Assembly (NCBI GenBank): GCA_964607765.1
Contig: CAZSNT010000010.1
Coordinates: forward strand, 27,049 to 91,048
Direction of reading: 5' to 3'
Length of the DNA: 64,000 nt
Source: an uncultured Victivallales bacterium
GTDB lineage: Bacteria > Verrucomicrobiota > Lentisphaeria > Oligosphaerales > JABHEG01
The notes under the pieces are model-generated. The model was given only the letters and a program-made list of their open reading frames with translations, ran no database searches and was not told the origin of the DNA. This document shows positions 1 through 9,326 of this stretch, in pieces; the first letter of the stretch is position 1, and every line of letters begins with the position of its first letter. A program made the position numbers and the translations under genes.

Positions 1-2903
1 AACTGGTAGACATTGCCGAGACCGCGCTGCGCCGCCTTGCGCGCCGGTTCCGCGGCGATCTTCGCGGCTTCGGCGTGGTCCTGAGCAAAGACGAGCGTGC
101 CGTCGCCCAAGTGGTAGCGCGGCGTCTTCCAGCCCCGGCCGTAGTGGATCCGACAGCCGTACACTGCTCTGTCGTCAGCAGCGAGCTGCTGCGTACGCAA
201 CGGCGAGTAGCGCCCGTTCCACTCGGTGGTGAAGCGGCGGAAGGTCCGCTTGTTCTCAGCGGTGTCGAGGAAGCCCGAGCTGGCCATCATGCGCGGCTTG
301 GCCGAGTGGTTCGTCTCATCGATCGGGTACTGGGAGGACAGGCGCTCGAGCTGTTTGCTGAACTTGATGTGACGCATGTAGATGTGGGTACCGTCGCTGA
401 CGAGGATATCGTTCAGCGCACCAGCCGTATTGAAGGTCTCACGGCCCGACGTTTCCTGCTTGCGCGGCGTGGTTACGTTGCACTGGTGCCTCACCTCACC
501 GGTAGCCAGGTCGAGAGCGTAGACCGTGATGCCGCCGTCCAGATGTCCGGACCGTCCGGCAGCAGTGTAAACAAGGCCGTCCTGAACGAGCACGGAGCCG
601 TGGCACGGCCAGAGCGATTCGAGTTGTCCGAAGGCAACGGTCTGCATGTCCGCCGGTGCGGCGCGGAAGCGCCAGCAAAGGGCGCCGTCGGCAAGTCTCA
701 GTGCGTACACACGTCCGTCAGCGGCGCCGAAGACGGCCATGCCCAGGGCGAGCGTAGGCGGGCTGTCAATCCTGCCGTCGGCCATGAACGACCACAGAGG
801 CTTGCCGTTGTCGGCCTCGAGACAGTATACCGTCCGCGCGTCCGTTTCGGCCACGACCAGTTTGCCTGCCGCCAGTACCGGCGGAGTCACGCGTGAGGGG
901 AACGTTCGCATCCAGGCGGGAGCCAGCTCGCCGTCGGGCTCTGCGCGGCTGACGCTCCGCCGCTCCGGATCGCCTCTGAACGTGGGCCAATCAGACTGGG
1001 TGGGGAGGAGCGAGTGCGAGGGACGAGTGCGGGGGGGCGGTGTGGAAGACAAGGGCGAGGCGTAGGCCGGGCCTTTCTCCAGGCGATTGCCAGGGGCGGA
1101 CCGCGGCAGTTTGACTACCCTCGGGTTGTAGGCGACCATACCGCGCAGGATGGCTTCCACGTAGCAATTGCAGCCGTGCGGCGGCGTGTAGATCAGACCG
1201 TTGGTCGGGACAATGCCCAGCCGGCAGGTGCCACGCAGCCAATCGTGTTTCGTGCCGGCCTCTGCGCCACCTTCCCAGCTGAGGAACTCGATCCCGCGTT
1301 TGTTGAACATGGCAAACCGGTCGGTGGCCTTCGCCGGATAGCAGCGAACGTGGTGGCCGGGCGTCTGTGTGCCTTTCATGCTGATCTGTGTCTTCAGCTC
1401 ACCCGTCTTGAGATCGAGACCGACCGTGCTGCCCTTCGCCGTGAGCCAGACCCGCCCCTGAGCCAGCAGCACTTCCGGGGCGATGTAGAAGCAGTGCGTG
1501 AATGTGGGCAGCGACTGTCCGGACGCCTCCCAGAGCTTGCTGCCGTCTTTGGCCGAAAGCCCGCGTACAACGATGTTCGGGCGGCGCGTCTTCTTGTCTC
1601 GCGGCGCCTCGACACATGCCACCAACACGCCGTCCCGGAACATGAGCTTGGTGGCCTTGACCGGGACCTGCCACTGCTCCGCTCCCGTGCCCAGATCCAG
1701 AGCACGCAGGCCTTTGTCCTCCGCGACGTACACGCTCGCGCCGTCGGAACAGAAGGTCAGAGGCACGAACACGCTCGGCGTAGACCAAAGCTCCGTGCCG
1801 CCGACCGTTTCGTAGGCCGCGATAGTCTTGCCACGGCGCCGGTGCGCTTTGATGCCTGCCCTGCCCAACGGTTGCTCACGGGTGGTCGGGTACTCCCTGA
1901 CCTTCCCCGAGGCGGGGTCCATCAAGCCGACGATCAGGGCGCGGCCGGTCTTGATGAGCTCCGCTGCGCCCTTCGTCCCGGCAAACCGAGTGAGTTCCTT
2001 CCCTGTCGCGGCATCGAGGGCGACCACCTGTCCGTTCAGCCCATCGGTCACGTAAAGGCGGTCGGTGCCGGCGACCATGGCCCGGTGCAGGTATTCAGGG
2101 ATCGTGCCCCACCACTGGTGGCTCGGCGTCCAGTTGGGAATGGGCCGCCGCCAGAGCATGACGCCATTGTAAGCGTTGCGTGCGTAGACGGCATGACGCG
2201 AAGGCAGCCGTCTGTCGACCACCCCGATCGGGCCTTCGTCCAGGATGTAGAACAGCCGGCCGCCGGCCGTGACCATGCCGGACACGCTCGGGGTCGTGTC
2301 ATGGTCTCGCGTCCACCAGGGCCCGGCGACCCACTGCAATCCGGTTGGGTAACCGACAGTGGTATCGCTTGAGACAGGCACGTTGTCCGGGGCGTGCAGG
2401 AAGTGGCTCCAGTCATCGAGTCCGGCGGGGATCGGATTTCGCGTAACGTTCCACGTCCCATTGGGTTGGCGCACACAGAGTGCGCCGCCCGGCGTCAGGA
2501 CCCGGAGCGCTTCGTCAGTAGACGGCGCCGTTCCGTCTGTCGCCACGAGCAAGTCGACAACACCGTCTGCATACGGAAGTGCCGCGCTGCGCCAACCCCG
2601 CACCGAAGCCGTCCCCGCCAGGCCTGCCGCCTGGATCTGAGCTCGAACAGCCCCAAGCTCCTCGGCGCCATCAACCAACCCTTGCGCGAGCACGCCGGGG
2701 CGTGTGGCGAGGGCGCGGACCAGGGACGCATCGTCACAGCCCACGTGGACCACCAGGCCGTTCTGGAAGCCTGTTGCCTTCGCCATGCCGGCCAGTAACG
2801 CAGCGGCGTCCGTGTCGGCGCGTAACGTGTCCGGGCCCCATGCCACGATAAAAACAGCCAGCACGGGGACGACAAACCAAGACCGCTGATGCGTTGCCGT
2901 CAT
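1..2903 (-). CDS. Secreted PQQ-binding-like (BamB-family) double beta-propeller protein with N-terminal class I SAM-methyltransferase-like domain; 3'-partial (runs off window start)
   Basis: Absent from the ORF track (no stop codon in window). Hand translation from ATG at 2903: MTATHQRSWFVVPVLAVFIVAWG...GLVVHVGCDDA...LPYADGVVDLLV...EALRVLTPGG...DDWSHFLHAPDN...HHVRCYPAKAT...WLRGTCRLG...PPHGCNCY...AGRSGHLDGG. Frame checked at 2903, 1377 and 3. Clear paralog of 15605..19450 and 37017..40211. Confidence 0.88.
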   Translation of the reverse strand, partial: MTATHQRSWFVVPVLAVFIVAWGPDTLRADTDAAALLAGMAKATGFQNGLVVHVGCDDASLVRALATRPGVLAQGLVDGAEELGAVRAQIQAAGLAGTASVRGWRSAALPYADGVVDLLVATDGTAPSTDEALRVLTPGGALCVRQPNGTWNVTRNPIPAGLDDWSHFLHAPDNVPVSSDTTVGYPTGLQWVAGPWWTRDHDTTPSVSGMVTAGGRLFYILDEGPIGVVDRRLPSRHAVYARNAYNGVMLWRRPIPNWTPSHQWWGTIPEYLHRAMVAGTDRLYVTDGLNGQVVALDAATGKELTRFAGTKGAAELIKTGRALIVGLMDPASGKVREYPTTREQPLGRAGIKAHRRRGKTIAAYETVGGTELWSTPSVFVPLTFCSDGASVYVAEDKGLRALDLGTGAEQWQVPVKATKLMFRDGVLVACVEAPRDKKTRRPNIVVRGLSAKDGSKLWEASGQSLPTFTHCFYIAPEVLLAQGRVWLTAKGSTVGLDLKTGELKTQISMKGTQTPGHHVRCYPAKATDRFAMFNKRGIEFLSWEGGAEAGTKHDWLRGTCRLGIVPTNGLIYTPPHGCNCYVEAILRGMVAYNPRVVKLPRSAPGNRLEKGPAYASPLSSTPPPRTRPSHSLLPTQSDWPTFRGDPERRSVSRAEPDGELAPAWMRTFPSRVTPPVLAAGKLVVAETDARTVYCLEADNGKPLWSFMADGRIDSPPTLALGMAVFGAADGRVYALRLADGALCWRFRAAPADMQTVAFGQLESLWPCHGSVLVQDGLVYTAAGRSGHLDGGITVYALDLATGEVRHQCNVTTPRKQETSGRETFNTAGALNDILVSDGTHIYMRHIKFSKQLERLSSQYPIDETNHSAKPRMMASSGFLDTAENKRTFRRFTTEWNGRYSPLRTQQLAADDRAVYGCRIHYGRGWKTPRYHLGDGTLVFAQDHAEAAKIAAEPARKAAQRGLGNVYQ

Positions 2904-2942
2904 GTGATTCCCCAAATGTCACCTGATCCGGATTCGCTGACC

Positions 2943-3569
2943 CTACATGCCCATGCCGTCCATGCCCTCCATGCCGTCCATGCCCTCCATGCCCTCCATG
3001 CCCTCCATGCCGCCCATGCCGCCTTTCTTGAACTCGCCTTTCCAGAGCAGCTCACCGGTGGCCTTGTCCCACTTGCGTCTGCGATCGATCGTGTAGTGGG
3101 TATCGTGGCAGTCGGTACAGGTTCGGGTGCCGGGCGGGAACTTGCAGGTGTCGCCGAGGCGTGTGGGATAATGACAGCGTTGGCAGCAGGCGTTCACCTG
3201 CTCCTTTGTGAACATCACATCCGGAGGCTGGATCGCGTCTTCGTCTTCAGAATGCTCCATGGATGGGCCGTGGCAGGCCTGGCACCCCCAACCGGCGAGT
3301 TCATGCTTGCGCGCGATGTCCTCGTACCCGAAATCGAGGTGACAGACCAGGCAGTAGCTGTTGTCTACAGCGGGGCGCGGCATGAACCCGAGGTCGCGGT
3401 GCGGGTCGATCATGCAGAGCGTGACGACCACGACGACGCTGGCAAGGCACAACGCCCATCCGAGCCAGCCGCCGGGTGCGACGTCCTGGGGGGGAGCGTC
3501 GGCACTGGAACTGTCCGAACCTGAGTGTGGATCTGCAGCGTGGTCGTGGACAACTGCGGACTCAGACAT
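2943..3569 (-). CDS. Membrane-anchored tetraheme c-type cytochrome (cytochrome c3-like) with Met-rich C-terminal tail
   Basis: Four CxxCH motifs (CLVCH, CQACH, CQRCH, CTDCH), one N-terminal hydrophobic helix (WLGWALCLASVVVVVTLCMI), and a C-terminal (GME/GMD)n tail. Start overlaps the stop of the upstream gene. Confidence 0.85.
   Translation of the reverse strand: MSESAVVHDHAADPHSGSDSSSADAPPQDVAPGGWLGWALCLASVVVVVTLCMIDPHRDLGFMPRPAVDNSYCLVCHLDFGYEDIARKHELAGWGCQACHGPSMEHSEDEDAIQPPDVMFTKEQVNACCQRCHYPTRLGDTCKFPPGTRTCTDCHDTHYTIDRRRKWDKATGELLWKGEFKKGGMGGMEGMEGMEGMDGMEGMDGMGM
2946..3023. repeat. 9-bp coding tandem repeat (CCATGCC[C/G]T)n encoding Gly-Met-Glu/Asp
   Basis: catgccgtc/catgccctc units are visible directly; the minus strand reads GGMGGMEGMEGMEGMDGMEGMDGMGM. 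Confidence 0.9.
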
Positions 3570-4644
3570 ACTCCCAGTCCCTCAACCACTGGTACTGGGG
3601 CGGGAGATTCGCCCACATCTGCTCGGAGGCATTGTCGAGCTCGATCTGCTCAACCTGGGCCAGTCCGCGGTGTTCCTTGATCGCCTGGACCATGTTGTCG
3701 ACCTGCTCGATGGTGTAGAGGCCGGGGATCGGGGCAGTGATGGCTGGATTGCCGAGGATGTAACGGATCGTCAGGCGGGCGAGCTTCGCACACTCCTGGG
3801 CACGCTCTTTCTCGTCCTTGATGCGCACGCCTCTGAACAGAGAACCGCCTCCGAACGGCTTGATGCCAAACGTGCCCACGTCATGCTTGCGCACGGTGTC
3901 GAACAGGCTGTCTTTGGGCGCTTCCTTGGAGCGCGCGGTGTAGGGGAACAGCACGACCTGGAAGGTATCGGGATAGGTTTCGCAAAGCCGTTTCAGCCAC
4001 GGCCGGCCGTGCGATGAGACACCCGTGAACCGGACCTTGCCCTGTTTCTTCGCGGTCTCGAGCGCTTTGACGAACTCCAGCTCCTCGGCTTCGGTGTGTT
4101 TGCCCGGCGTGCTTGCGACCGGGCGCCACACGTCGACATAATCGAGCTTCGCTCTCTGCATGCCGTCGTCAAGCGTCTTCAGCAGGACCTCGGCGGTACG
4201 GTACTTCGCGTTGCGCGGACACTTGGGCCACATGGCGAAGTTCAGAAACACCTTGTCGCGCATCCCGCCCTGCAGCGCGTGCCCGTAGTGGATGACCTCG
4301 CCTTCAGTACACGCGTCGATGTGATTGATACCGGCCTCGATGCACCGGTTCACGACTTCACGCCGATTCTCCACGATCTCGGGATCGGAACCAGTGTCCG
4401 GGTTCGCGATCCCCTTCTGCATCGGCCCAATCCGGTAGTGACCGCCAAGGCAGACCGCGGAGACCCAAAGCCCCGTCTTGCCGAGCCGGCGATACTCCAT
4501 CTCCGGGTTGTAGCTGCGTGTTTCCTTGACGGCGCTGTCATCCTCGGCAGCGGCCAGGAAGTTGCCGGGCAGGCCCGTAGCTACACAGCCGGCAGCAACA
4601 GCCCCCGTGCGGATGAAGTCACGTCTGGTGAACTCGTTAGGCAT
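3562..4644 (-). CDS. Tat-exported aldo/keto reductase-fold protein
   Basis: Start re-called at MPNEFTRRDFIRTG (twin-arginine motif, GGGAGA RBS). AKR signatures MEYRRLGKTGLWVSAVCLG, KKQGKVRFTGVSSH, GIKPFGGG, TAPIPG. Confidence 0.85.
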   Translation of the reverse strand: MPNEFTRRDFIRTGAVAAGCVATGLPGNFLAAAEDDSAVKETRSYNPEMEYRRLGKTGLWVSAVCLGGHYRIGPMQKGIANPDTGSDPEIVENRREVVNRCIEAGINHIDACTEGEVIHYGHALQGGMRDKVFLNFAMWPKCPRNAKYRTAEVLLKTLDDGMQRAKLDYVDVWRPVASTPGKHTEAEELEFVKALETAKKQGKVRFTGVSSHGRPWLKRLCETYPDTFQVVLFPYTARSKEAPKDSLFDTVRKHDVGTFGIKPFGGGSLFRGVRIKDEKERAQECAKLARLTIRYILGNPAITAPIPGLYTIEQVDNMVQAIKEHRGLAQVEQIELDNASEQMWANLPPQYQWLRDWEYV

Positions 4645-4658
4645 AGCACTTCTCCCTG

Positions 4659-5564
4659 TCATTCTGCGCTCGCTGCCGAATGGCACGCGAGAAGGTAATC
4701 GCGGGACTTCTCCAGGGCCGCGCTCATTGCGTCGGGCCCGGGTTCGTGATGCATGAACGGATTGACGTAGTGTGCGTAGTCGATCTTGGCCAAAGCGCTG
4801 AGCCAAGGCTTGAAATCTGCGGGCCCATGTCCCGGCAGCTGCCCCACGCCTTTGTGGCGTTGCCAGGCGTAGAAGAAGAAGAGCTGTTTGCCGGCGATTC
4901 GAATGGCCTCGGGCACGGACGCCTTTGCGCCCTGCAGATGGTACGGCGCCAAAGCAATCCCGAGGTGCTTGCTCGTGTTGATGTCAACGAACGCTTTGAA
5001 CGAGTCAAGCGTGTGCAGCAGAGCGTTGCCGTGGTTCTCGATGGCCAGGTATGAGTTGTGCTTCTCCGCCAGCTCGACCTGGGGCTTGAGGCCCTCGATG
5101 AACTTGGTCATGCGGGCGGTCAGGTCGCCCGGCTTGACGGCGCCGCCCTGGCTGCCGCGTACAGCGATGCCGCCGCCGCAGTCGCCCAACAGTTGCGCGT
5201 AGCGTGGATACCCGCCGCGGTAGACACTGAACGCATTCAGCGTCAGCTTGTGTTCCGCCAGCACATTCATGAACGCTTCCGCGCCCAGGCGGTTGGCCAC
5301 TTCATCCAAGTGCTTGCACTTCCTGCCAAAGGGGCACCATACGTCAACGCCCTCAAAGCCGAGGGCAGCGATGCGGGAACAGGCTTCCTCGACAGCGAGA
5401 CTGCCGAACTGCACCGTCGACGTCGAGAGACGCATCGACCATGTCCCCTCCGCCGCCTGGCCTTCACCGCGACAGACAACAGGGAATGCGGCTGTTGCGA
5501 GGCCGGCTGCAGCACCGGCCAGAAAACGGCGGCGCGGCGGCTGGAACGAGTCAGGCGCGATCAT
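4659..5564 (-). CDS. Tat-exported sugar-phosphate isomerase/epimerase (xylose isomerase-like TIM barrel)
   Basis: PRRRFL Tat motif; GFEGVDVW, LAIENHG and PGHGPADF motifs of the AP_endonuc_2/IolE-like family. Confidence 0.8.
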   Translation of the reverse strand: MIAPDSFQPPRRRFLAGAAAGLATAAFPVVCRGEGQAAEGTWSMRLSTSTVQFGSLAVEEACSRIAALGFEGVDVWCPFGRKCKHLDEVANRLGAEAFMNVLAEHKLTLNAFSVYRGGYPRYAQLLGDCGGGIAVRGSQGGAVKPGDLTARMTKFIEGLKPQVELAEKHNSYLAIENHGNALLHTLDSFKAFVDINTSKHLGIALAPYHLQGAKASVPEAIRIAGKQLFFFYAWQRHKGVGQLPGHGPADFKPWLSALAKIDYAHYVNPFMHHEPGPDAMSAALEKSRDYLLACHSAASAE

Positions 5565-5685
5565 ACTGTCCGTTCCCTTCGCTTGCGGGCGGTTGACGGA
5601 ACACCACCTCTATCAATAGAATGCGTGTGAGGGCCGCAGGCAAGTTGGGGCAGGTTTTCAGCGCGGCCTCGTTTGGTGCCTGGCA

Positions 5686-8600
5686 TCATTTCGGTCGGTC
5701 CAGCCATTCCACACGTCCGACGGTGAGGCCGGACGCCGGCATGGACGGTGTGATCAGCACCAGACCGTTGGCGGGCAGGTTGTTTCGTTCGGTGGTTTCA
5801 CGTCCAAACTCCGTGAAAACGTCCCAGGGGATTTCGGAGGTCGTCACATCTGGCGAGACCGTGACCTCGGCGGCGAATGTCTGCATGTCCAGGCTTTGGT
5901 AATCGCGCGAGAGAACGACGTGGGCCTTGAAACTGGCGCCGTTGCCGCCAAGCTCGATACGAATCCCCTGGTGCATCGTCCCGGCGGCCTCTCCTACGGC
6001 GAAACTGTTCGAAAGCACGGCGACCCGTTTGCCCGGACGAGTCGGGGCAAAGGTGACACGCCCGTTCTCGGCATCCTCGATCGCCGCCCGATCGCCGGCC
6101 AGATCGGACCGCCACGCCGCGGCTCCGCTGGCCACGTCCCACAGACACCCGTCCTGCCAGACCAGCGCTTCCCGGATCCCGTCGCCTTCGTTCTTCATGA
6201 GGTCAGAGGACACGGCTCGCCCGTCTTCATCGATGGCGGTGAAGTAGTAGGTCGCGCACAGATCCCTCAGTGTGTCCGGTATCCGGGCAAACCAGCGTCC
6301 GTCCGTTTCCTCCGCCCTGATCCAGAGATAGTAGCGCGCGACCGACACGGCATCACCGGGCGCCCAGGCCAGGTACACGGCCTGCAGCGGCTTGCCGGAG
6401 TCAATGCTCGCCACGGCCATGTTGCCGGCACACACCACCTCACGGAACGCGGGAAAGGAAGCGTCGCCCAGCATGGCCGTCCGGTGCCACAAACCGATGG
6501 TATCCGGCAGTTCGGGGCCGCCGTTGCCGTGGTCGCTGTTCGGTCTCAGCAGCCACTGCGCCTTGTGCGGAAACGTGTCGCGTTGACGCGCCGCGCCGTC
6601 CAGCCAGAAGAAGCGGTCAACCGTCGACAGGTTCAGGTAGACCCGGGCCTGGGTCTGTTTCGCGTAGACGGCAGGATCGGCGTTGGCCATCCAGATCGGG
6701 AGTTGCTTCGCGGGGCGCCAGTCGTGGGGCAGACAGGCTCGGCCACGCATGCCGGCAGTTCCGGCGGCACTCACACCGGTGTATACGGTCTTGATGCGCG
6801 CGTCCTGGCCGGCAATGAAGAACGACACCCAGCCGCCGTAGGAAATGCCGACTGCGCCATACTTGTCCCGGTCAGCCCACGACTGCTCGTCGACCCAGTC
6901 GAGTACGCGCCGCGATGCCTGCGCAAAGTGATACATCGGGAAGTTGAGCTTGTTCGGAATCAGGTTGTGTTCCGGCTTCCTCAACTCCGCGGTCACGGTG
7001 ACCCACTTGGTGACGGGGCTCTTCGAGGGGCGGAACTGCCCGTTGTAGTCCACCGCCACGCCGGCAAAACCCGGGTTCTTGCGGGCAATACTCAGGGCCA
7101 ACGCCCCACTGGCGTGCCCTCCGCCTCCATGAAAGACAAACAGCACGGGGACCCGGCCCTGAACTCCCACCGGCACGGCAGTCGCGCAGAAGATCCGGTT
7201 GGGGCCGTCTTCGTTGCCACCGCCGGTGATGTAGAAATCAGTGACTCTGAAATCCGCGAAGTCGGCTTTGACATTCCGGACCCTGATCGCCGCGGCATTG
7301 CCGCCGTTCCTGGCAACCCAGCTGTCGCCGATGCTCGTCCAGTCGCCGACCTTCCCAGAGGCAAGAGGAGCCGTGCGCACGCCGAGCTCTTCATAGTCGA
7401 ACGGCCAAGTCCGCCACGTAGTCAGATCCCAGGTCGTGCAGTCGATGGGCGCCGGCGCGCGCTCCGCTGCAGCCGGTCCCGCCTTCACAGTCTCCGCGCG
7501 GGCAGACGACGCCGGGCGAACGGCAGCGCCCTCTGCCAACTCCGTTTGGCGGATATCCGGCCCTGCCCTCAGTTTGCTTCGCAGCCGTTTGTTGGCCGCC
7601 ACGAAACAGGCCAGCAACTCCGGGTTCCGGCCGCGGGTGATGTCGAAGCGCTGCGGGTTGTTCTGGTCCATCGCCCGGTCGGACTGGTAGCACCACCAGT
7701 AGGAGAGCTGAACGCCGGTGTCGATCACGCTGTTGAGCGACTTCTCCACCCACGGCTTGGCCGCGGCGGTGTCTGAGTAGCTTTCGAAGTAGTCGGGGGT
7801 CACGTCCCAGATCTTCCTGTCCGTCTTCGGCCGGGCGTGCAGGCCGAGCTCGCCGATCATCAGCGGCTTGCCGATGCGCCGAGCAATGGTCATCCAGTCA
7901 CGGTTATCGAGAAACGCCTCGCCCCCCGCGCCGTCGGAGATGACGTAGCCGGGGCGATTGTTCATGTAGGAATGCACGTCGATCACATCCACCGCGTTGT
8001 CCGTGTAGAGCATGTCGAAACACTTGAACTGCTCCTCGAACGTGTCCTTCCGCCATGACCTGTTCGTGTACAGATTCCACTGACTCTCGCGCATGTGCGA
8101 GCCGCCGCTGTTGACCAGCCGCAGCGGATCGGCGGCCTTGATCCGTTTGGCCACATCGTCGAAGAACGCCGCCACATCCTTGAGCGTGGGCATGCGCTCG
8201 CCTTTGTAGATCCGCTCGTGGCTGCCGATGTCGGCCGAGAGTGTCGTCTCGTTGCCGACCTCCCACATCAGCACGGCGCGGCGGTGTCTGTAGCGCTCCA
8301 CCGTTTCGTCGATGTACCGGTGGAGCAACTGCCGCCCGCGCGAGGCCGGGTTCGATATCAGTTCGCGCTGGTGTTCCTCGCCGTGAACCCAGCCCTTGCC
8401 CGGCACGAGCTTGGTGTCGGTGAACGTGCCCGCAGCCAGGGACCAGACCACGCGGATGTCATACGTGTCGCAGAGCTCGAGCGTCTTGTCGAGCGCCGCG
8501 TAGAGCAGCTTGCGTTTCTCCGGGGCCGCGTACGACTCCGGGCCCCTGGGCCCCCAAGGCAACGCGAAGATGCGGATCGTGCGGAACCCCATCTCGTGCA

Positions 8601-8886
8601 GTTCCCGCAGCGCCCTGTCCTGCGCCTGCAGCATCGGGTTGGCGGCGTCCAGAGCCCTTCCTGCATCCAGTTGATCATAGAGCTGCCAGAACAGGTCGAA
8701 TTTGTTGAAGCTGATCTCGGCGAACGGCTGACCGTCGAGAAAGAAGCGGCCGTCACGAATCGAGAGCACATCGTCTTTCGTCAAAGGCATCGTCGCAACT
8801 CCCTCCGCCATGACGTTGGGGTGTGGCCAGCCCGTTACCAGAATGGCCGTGAAGACGGCCAGAGCTGCTGCTTTGGGTCGGATCAT
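5686..8886 (-). CDS. Secreted GH5-like (mannanase/cellulase clan GH-A) glycoside hydrolase fused to an alpha/beta-hydrolase (carbohydrate esterase-like) domain
   Basis: Start re-called at MIRPKAAALAVF (signal peptide, GGGAGA RBS). WEVGNE acid/base and LMIGELG nucleophile motifs; second half has FHGGGG, GISYGG (GxSxG), STVDRFF and NSDH. Confidence 0.82.
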   Translation of the reverse strand: MIRPKAAALAVFTAILVTGWPHPNVMAEGVATMPLTKDDVLSIRDGRFFLDGQPFAEISFNKFDLFWQLYDQLDAGRALDAANPMLQAQDRALRELHEMGFRTIRIFALPWGPRGPESYAAPEKRKLLYAALDKTLELCDTYDIRVVWSLAAGTFTDTKLVPGKGWVHGEEHQRELISNPASRGRQLLHRYIDETVERYRHRRAVLMWEVGNETTLSADIGSHERIYKGERMPTLKDVAAFFDDVAKRIKAADPLRLVNSGGSHMRESQWNLYTNRSWRKDTFEEQFKCFDMLYTDNAVDVIDVHSYMNNRPGYVISDGAGGEAFLDNRDWMTIARRIGKPLMIGELGLHARPKTDRKIWDVTPDYFESYSDTAAAKPWVEKSLNSVIDTGVQLSYWWCYQSDRAMDQNNPQRFDITRGRNPELLACFVAANKRLRSKLRAGPDIRQTELAEGAAVRPASSARAETVKAGPAAAERAPAPIDCTTWDLTTWRTWPFDYEELGVRTAPLASGKVGDWTSIGDSWVARNGGNAAAIRVRNVKADFADFRVTDFYITGGGNEDGPNRIFCATAVPVGVQGRVPVLFVFHGGGGHASGALALSIARKNPGFAGVAVDYNGQFRPSKSPVTKWVTVTAELRKPEHNLIPNKLNFPMYHFAQASRRVLDWVDEQSWADRDKYGAVGISYGGWVSFFIAGQDARIKTVYTGVSAAGTAGMRGRACLPHDWRPAKQLPIWMANADPAVYAKQTQARVYLNLSTVDRFFWLDGAARQRDTFPHKAQWLLRPNSDHGNGGPELPDTIGLWHRTAMLGDASFPAFREVVCAGNMAVASIDSGKPLQAVYLAWAPGDAVSVARYYLWIRAEETDGRWFARIPDTLRDLCATYYFTAIDEDGRAVSSDLMKNEGDGIREALVWQDGCLWDVASGAAAWRSDLAGDRAAIEDAENGRVTFAPTRPGKRVAVLSNSFAVGEAAGTMHQGIRIELGGNGASFKAHVVLSRDYQSLDMQTFAAEVTVSPDVTTSEIPWDVFTEFGRETTERNNLPANGLVLITPSMPASGLTVGRVEWLDRPK

Positions 8887-9137
8887 GTTCGTTCTCCCGG
8901 TTCGACGGTGATCCCGGCCGCAGGGCAGAGCATCGAGTTTGCGGGGGACCATAGTTTCACCCGCACGGATTCCCCGGTCAAGTTGGCGTATTCCACATTC
9001 ACGAAGAACGTGTTTTCGGTCATGTTCGAGAAAGTCCAGCGAAGGCGTGCCCCGGTGGCATCGAAGCAGGCGATGTGCTGTGTCCCGTACCGGGCTGCCG
9101 CTCGTTGGGTCCGTTGTCCCTTCAGTACAAGATCCAC
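8883..9137 (-). CDS. Small hypothetical protein or gene remnant
   Basis: 84-codon ORF whose TGA overlaps the ATG of the GH5 gene (ATGA coupling). Composition is protein-like but no family is recognised. Confidence 0.3.
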   Translation of the reverse strand: MDLVLKGQRTQRAAARYGTQHIACFDATGARLRWTFSNMTENTFFVNVEYANLTGESVRVKLWSPANSMLCPAAGITVEPGERT

Positions 9138-9326
9138 AGTGAGAGGCGGGGGGCAGTGCCTGGGACGCGGTCTGCGGCACGCGCGGCCTGCAGGTCGAAA
9201 GGAGCGCCGCCGCGGGAATTCGGGCGGGGTTGTTCATGATTGCTCTTCAACGGCTGCTCCCGGAGCCCGCAGCAGATCAAGGGCGGCACGGTACTCAGAC
9301 GGCACGGCGTCGTAGAACCTGTCACT

